The notes beneath the pieces are model-generated. The model searched no databases, was not told where the DNA came from, and saw only the letters and a program-made list of their open reading frames with translations. Positions 59,193 to 64,000 of a DNA stretch of 64,000 nucleotides are shown here, in pieces (the stretch's first letter is position 1; the number at the start of each line of letters is the position of its first letter). The stretch is from Squalus acanthias (lineage: Eukaryota). The stretch covers positions 25,918,001 to 25,982,000 of the forward strand of contig CM059433.1 in the NCBI GenBank assembly GCA_030390025.1, in the 5' to 3' direction. A program made the translations under genes and the position numbers.

Positions 59193-60722
59193 ATCATAGA
59201 ATTACAGAATCGTACCGCACAGAAGGAGGCCATTTGGCCCATTGTGCCCATGCCGGCTGTTTGAAAGAGCTCTCCAATTAGTCCCACTCCGTTTCTCTTT
59301 CCTCAGCCCTGCAAATTTCTCCTTTCCAAGAATTGATCCAATTCCCTTTTGAAAGTTACAATTGAATCTGCTTCCACCACCCTTTCAGGCAATGCGTTCC
59401 AGATCATAACAACACGCCGTGTGAAAACATTTCTCCTCACTTCCCCCTTGGGTTTTTTGCCAATTATCTTAAATCTGTGTCCTCTGGTTACCGACCCTCC
59501 TTCCAGTGGAAACAGTTTTTCCCTATCTACTCTACCAAAACCCTTCATAATTTTGAACACCGCTATTAAATTTCTCCCTAACCTTCTCTGCTCTAAGGAG
59601 AACAATCCCAGCTTCTCTAGTCTCTCCACATAACTGAAGTCCCTCATCCCTGGTTCTATTTCAGTAAATCTCTTCTGCACCCTCTCTAAGGCCTTGACAT
59701 CCTTCCTAAAGTGTGATGCCCAGAATTGGACACAATACTCCAGCTGAGGCCTAACCGGTGATTTATAAAGGTTTAGCATAACTTCCTTGCTTTTGTAATC
59801 TATGCCTCTGTTTATAAAAATGAGAAGTCGCACAACACCAGGTTATAGTCCAACAGTTTTATTTAAAATTACGAGCTTTCGGAGCGCTGCTCCTTCTTCA
59901 GGTACAAGTTTATAAAGCCAAGGATCCCATATGCTTTATTGACAGCCTTACCAACTTGTTCTCCCACATTCAATGATTTGTGTATGTGAACCCCTAGGTC
60001 TCTCTGCTCCTGCACCCCCTTTAAAATTATACCATTTTCTTTCTATTGCCTCTCCTTATTCTTCCTTCAAAAATGCATCACTTCACTCTTCTCTGCGTTA
60101 AATTTCATCTGCCTTGTGTCTGCCCTGTTGACTACATTTCCAAGTTTTATGTTGTCTGCAAACTTTGAAATTATGCCCACTATACCCAACTCCAGGTCAT
60201 TAATATATATCAAAAAGAGCAGTGGTTCCAACACCGACCCCTGGGGGACACCACTGTGTACTTCCCTCCAGTCTGATAAACAACCGTTCACCACTACTCT
60301 CTGCTTTCTGTCTCTGTGTCAATTTTGTGTCCACGCTGCCACTGCCCCTTTAATCCCATGGGCTTTAATTTTGATAAAATATCTATTATGTGGCACTTTA
60401 TCAAATACCTTCTGAAAGTCCATTTACACAAAATCAACTGCACGACCTTCATCAACCCTGTCTGTTATTTCATCGAAGAGCTCAATCACGTTTGTCAGAC
60501 ACGATTTGCTTTTAACAAATCCGTGTTGGCTGTTATTTATTAACTCATGTTCTTCCAAGTGGCAATTAATTTTGTCCCAGATTATGGTCCCTAGAAGTTT
60601 CCCCACATCCTATGTTAGGACGACTGGCCTGTAGTTACCAGGTTTATCCCTCTCCCCTTTTTTGAACATGGGTGTAACATTTGCAACTCTCCAGTCCTCT
60701 GGCACCATTCCAGAGGTCAGGA
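59193..60722 (-). mobile_element. CR1 LINE, 5'-truncated and degenerate
   Basis: QHGFVKSKSCLTN, SGVPQGSVL, KFADN, EYCVQFWASHFRKD remnants and CR1 3' UTR. Confidence 0.9.
59819..59907 (-). mobile_element. Penelope-like terminal repeat fragment with minimal hammerhead core, inserted in CR1
   Basis: Matches 61427-61510. TSD GTTTATAAA at 59810-59818 and 59908-59916. Minus strand CTGAAGA-aGGAGCagcGCTCC-GAAAGCTC. Confidence 0.8.
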
Positions 60723-60849
60723 GGGTTGCAAATGTTTCCCCCCCTGTAGCAGGAAGTGAGGTTTGGAAGCGAATTGTGGGTTGTGGGTGGAGAGGAATAC
60801 AAGGAAGTGGTTGGAGATTGCCTTTTCGGTGATTGAGACCACAGGGTTA

Positions 60850-61035
60850 GAGAGGCTACAGGAGATGGCAAGGTGGAGGGGATGGCCCTGAATATGGGTA
60901 GGAGGGTTTATATGGAGGAAGAGGTTTAGGGAGGACAGGAGGGTGGTGAATTCAGAGGAAGGGCAAGAGGAGCTGAGAATGGAGATTGAGTATGAGGACT
61001 CGCTTAGTGCTGATGATTTCTACTCTCAGTGAGAA
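60850..61035 (-). mobile_element. Degenerate L2 endonuclease fragment
   Basis: Minus strand reads ...SEFTTLLSSLNLFLHINPPTHIQGHP, like the APE 'PTH..GH.LD' region. Confidence 0.5.
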
Positions 61036-61421
61036 GTGAAACTGGATGCTGGAAATGTGGACTAAAAGCAGCAATGCTGGGAAAGCCCACCATCTGAAAA
61101 AGAACGATAGATTAATATTTCAGGTGGGACTGAAACATTCTCTGTTCTCGTGAATGGTCTCATTCACCTAACTTTTGCATTCTTTGTGGGGTGGGGGAAG
61201 AAATTCACAGGCCTGTGTGCGTAGCTAAATCATAAATACATTCTTTTTGAATTTGTGTTTGATGTTGTTACACAGAGCAACCAGAGGAAATCTTCCTCCC
61301 GTGTAGCTGGAGCTATCAGTTAGCCCCTGTTGATCGGTGTGATACAGTTCAAAGAAGGAGCACTAGAGGGCACTCTTTACCATCATATTCCTTAACATCT
61401 GTAATATGTTTATTACAAGGA

Positions 61422-62048
61422 CAAATGTGAGAAGTTGCACAACACCAGATTATAGTCCAACAGTTTTATTTGAAATCACAAGCTTTTGGAGCGCTGCTCC
61501 TTCGTCAGGTGAAGTGAAGAGATGTATATCGGCACAGCATATATAGTCAGAGAACACTGCCAGATGATTACAGTTAATCTTTCTAACTGCCCTTTATCAC
61601 ACCTCGGCAGAGAGACAATCACGGCAATCAAAGGTGTGAATGGTGTCCAAACAGGTCAGTCAGGAAAACATTACATCAAAGACAATGAGGTGGGGTCACA
61701 AGGGGTCAAATGTGGCAGATGCTGGGGTCTGTATGGAAAACAAAAAACTGTTTTTGCTGGAAATCACAGCAGGTCCGGCCTGCATCTGTGTAGAGAGAAC
61801 AAGCCAACGACGACTCGAGTCTGGCTGACTCTACGTCAGGTGGGGTTACATGTAGCGTGACATGTAATCATCTGGCAGTGTTCTCTGACTATATATGCTG
61901 TGCCGATATACATCGCTTCACTTCACCTGACGAAGGAGCAGCGCTCCGAAAGCTTGTGATTTCAAATAAAACTGTTGGACTATAACCTGGTGTTGTGCGA
62001 CTTCTCACTTTTGTCCACCCCAGTCCAACACAGCATATCTCCGCATCA
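61422..62048. mobile_element. Penelope-like element derivative with ~150-bp inverted pseudo-LTRs
   Basis: 61421-61573 is the near-perfect reverse complement of 61863-62014. 11-bp TSD TATTACAAGGA at 61411-61421 and 62049-62059. Confidence 0.85.
61923..61959 (+). ncRNA. Minimal type I hammerhead ribozyme
   Basis: TCAC-CTGACGA-A-GGAGC(AGC)GCTCC-GAA-AGCT-T-GTGA gives stem I, the CUGANGA core, stem II, GAAA and a palindromic AGCU stem III. Confidence 0.75.
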
Positions 62049-62271
62049 TATTACAAGGAGATACACTTCATCAAAAGACACGGTCCTGAATGGGATGAAA
62101 TTATGATAAACATTCTATTGACCATAGAAATTTAATGTCAAGTCTGATAAACATAAGTTTTAAAAGCTAATCAGCACAAAGTATGGATTCAAAACATTCT
62201 GATAGCAGTGATCAGGGAAAGGTTAAAGGGGCCATTGATTTATTGGAGAAATATTATTAAACATTAGTGGC

Positions 62272-62408
62272 GGGAATTTCCTCGGGGCTTCTCCTGTTCC
62301 GCCACCATAACTTTGGCGTAAGTCTGGTAGAAACCCTATGTACGGGTGTAAACAGGGATTCTGCCGAAGTCACGGCAGCAAAGCGGGAGAAGCCCTGAGG
62401 AAATTCTC
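62272..62408. mobile_element. Short hairpin MITE
   Basis: TIR gggaatttcctcggggcttctcc / ggagaagccctgaggaaattctc (21/23 complementary), with further imperfect pairing inside. Confidence 0.65.
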
Positions 62409-63039
62409 AGCATAGTTGAATCTCAGTGGATTTCGATCCTGGATTATTATTTCAGAACTGACTGTGCTTTATTAGGACATTATGTAGATCAAGGCCAATG
62501 TTTTCATTTTGGCGTAATGATTGGAGCCTTGTGTTGCCAGCAATAACATGGAACCAAGAGCGCAATTGGACAGCATTTGCTCCAATTCCATATGAATAAC
62601 ATCATTTGTTGGATAACGTGTATGCCGTACAAGTGGGTGTATGGGTCAGGAGAGAAGCGGCTCAGCACTTTTTGTGCAGGACCCCATCAATATTCCCCTC
62701 ACACAAAGGATTGAAAGCCTTGTTGCTCGAGTAGCAGCTGAGACCTCGAAACTTGGAACTGCTGCTAGCACAAGGAATGTATGCTCTCCTGTCCCCCACA
62801 ATAGGGTTGAGGGTGATGAAGAGATATAAAAACATGGACAGCCAGATGTTTCATATTTGCTGTACGCATAACATCTTATTGGCACCGACTCAAACATGAT
62901 GGCTGAGGAACAGCAAAGTTCAGCTTCTGTGCAGTTTTTACAATGTTACATATTAATTATACTGGAGTACCACTCGTGGTCTATTGGATATGTGCACCAA
63001 TTGTTTTGGTACTAAGCCATGCGGAGCAGTAAGCTTCCT

Positions 63040-63458
63040 GCTTCAGAAAGTCATGGGTTAAAGCCCCATTGCAGGGCTCGAGCAACATAAGCTAGGCTGA
63101 CACTTCAGTGCAGCACTGAAGGAGCACTGCACTGTCGGATGAGACATTAAAGTGAGGCCTGATCTGCCCTCGCAGGTGGAAGTAGTAAAAGATCGCACGG
63201 CACTATTCAAAGAAGAGCAGGGGAATACACTCAATGTCCTGGGCAACATTTATCACTCAACCAAACACTGCCAAAAACAGATGCACTGGTCATTTATGTC
63301 TTGTTGTTTGTGGGACCTTGCTGTGTGCAAGTTGGCTGCTGTGTTTGCCTACATTACCAGAGCAACTTCACTTCAGAAATAATTCATTGGCGGTGAGCTG
63401 CTTTGCGATGTCCTGAGGACGTGAAAGGAGAGATATAAATGCAATTTCTTTCTTTTGT
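63040..63458 (+). mobile_element. DeuSINE, diverged copy
   Basis: Colinear with 8359-8772 from the B-box region to the 'atataaatgcaa' tail. Confidence 0.8.
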
Positions 63459-63469
63459 TTCTTCTCAAT

Positions 63470-64000
63470 CACCAGTCAATACCGAGGAGGACTGCAACAA
63501 GTTACAGGAGGGCATTAATAAACTTGCAGAATGGGCATATAATTGGCAAATGAAGTTCAACACAGATAAATGTGAAGTATTACATATTAGTAGGAAGAAT
63601 AGGGAGGTCACTTATCACTTGGAGGGTGCGAGTCTAGGTAGGGTAGAGGAACAAAGGGTTCTAAGAATACAAATACACAAATCACTAAAAGTTGCAACAC
63701 AGGTTAACAAGGCCATAAAAAAAGCAAAGCAAGCACTAGGGTTTATTTCTAGAGGGATAGAATTGAAAAGTAGGGAAGTTATGCTAAAACGATAACAAAA
63801 TACTGCGGATGCTGGAAATCCGAAATAACAACAGAAAACGCTGGAAAAACTCAGCAGGCCAGGCAGCATCCGTGGAGAGAGAAACAGAGTTAACGTTTCA
63901 GGTCGAAGACCTTTCGTCAGAAGTTATGCTAAACCTGTATTGAACCTTGGTTAGACCACACTTGGAGTACTGCGTACAGTTCTGGTCGCCATATTATAAA
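63470..64000 (+). mobile_element. CR1 LINE fragment running off the window end
   Basis: KLAEWAYNWQMKFNTDKCEVLH...GFISRGIELKSREVML / LVRPHLEYCVQFWSP. Confidence 0.88.
63789..63919 (-). mobile_element. Second-family Penelope-like terminal repeat with hammerhead core, inserted in CR1
   Basis: 14-bp TSD GAAGTTATGCTAAA at 63775-63788 and 63920-63933. Minus strand CTGACGA-a-AGGTC(TTC)GACCT-GAA-ACGT-T. Confidence 0.8.

Overview
Vertebrate genomic DNA. The repeat families (DeuSINE/SacSINE1-type SINEs, CR1, L2, RTE, Penelope-like and Harbinger elements) point to a cartilaginous fish (inference). The only host-gene sequence I can support is the last coding exon of an orexin receptor (HCRTR2-like, 58764-58987, +). 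I found no upstream exon, so the rest of the window may be one very large terminal intron plus 3' flank. A ~29.5 kb tandem array of a 37-bp monomer (about 800 units, 18925-47714 and 53869-54568) dominates the window and shows multi-kb internal duplications. Near its right end sits a young, full-length Ty3/Gypsy LTR retrotransposon (47715-53868, -) with 194-bp LTRs that differ at 2 sites and a 5-bp TSD. A younger 5'-truncated CR1 interrupts its 3' LTR. The most interesting feature is the Gypsy primer-binding site. It has no tRNA-type (TGG...) PBS; the 11 nt after the 5' LTR are perfectly complementary to an 11-nt segment inside the LTR, the architecture of Tf1-type self-priming, in an element with a two-knuckle Gag, no chromodomain and a YLDN RT motif. 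The flanks are a nested patchwork of transposon fragments, including Penelope-like repeats with minimal hammerhead ribozymes and Harbinger derivatives with clear TIRs.
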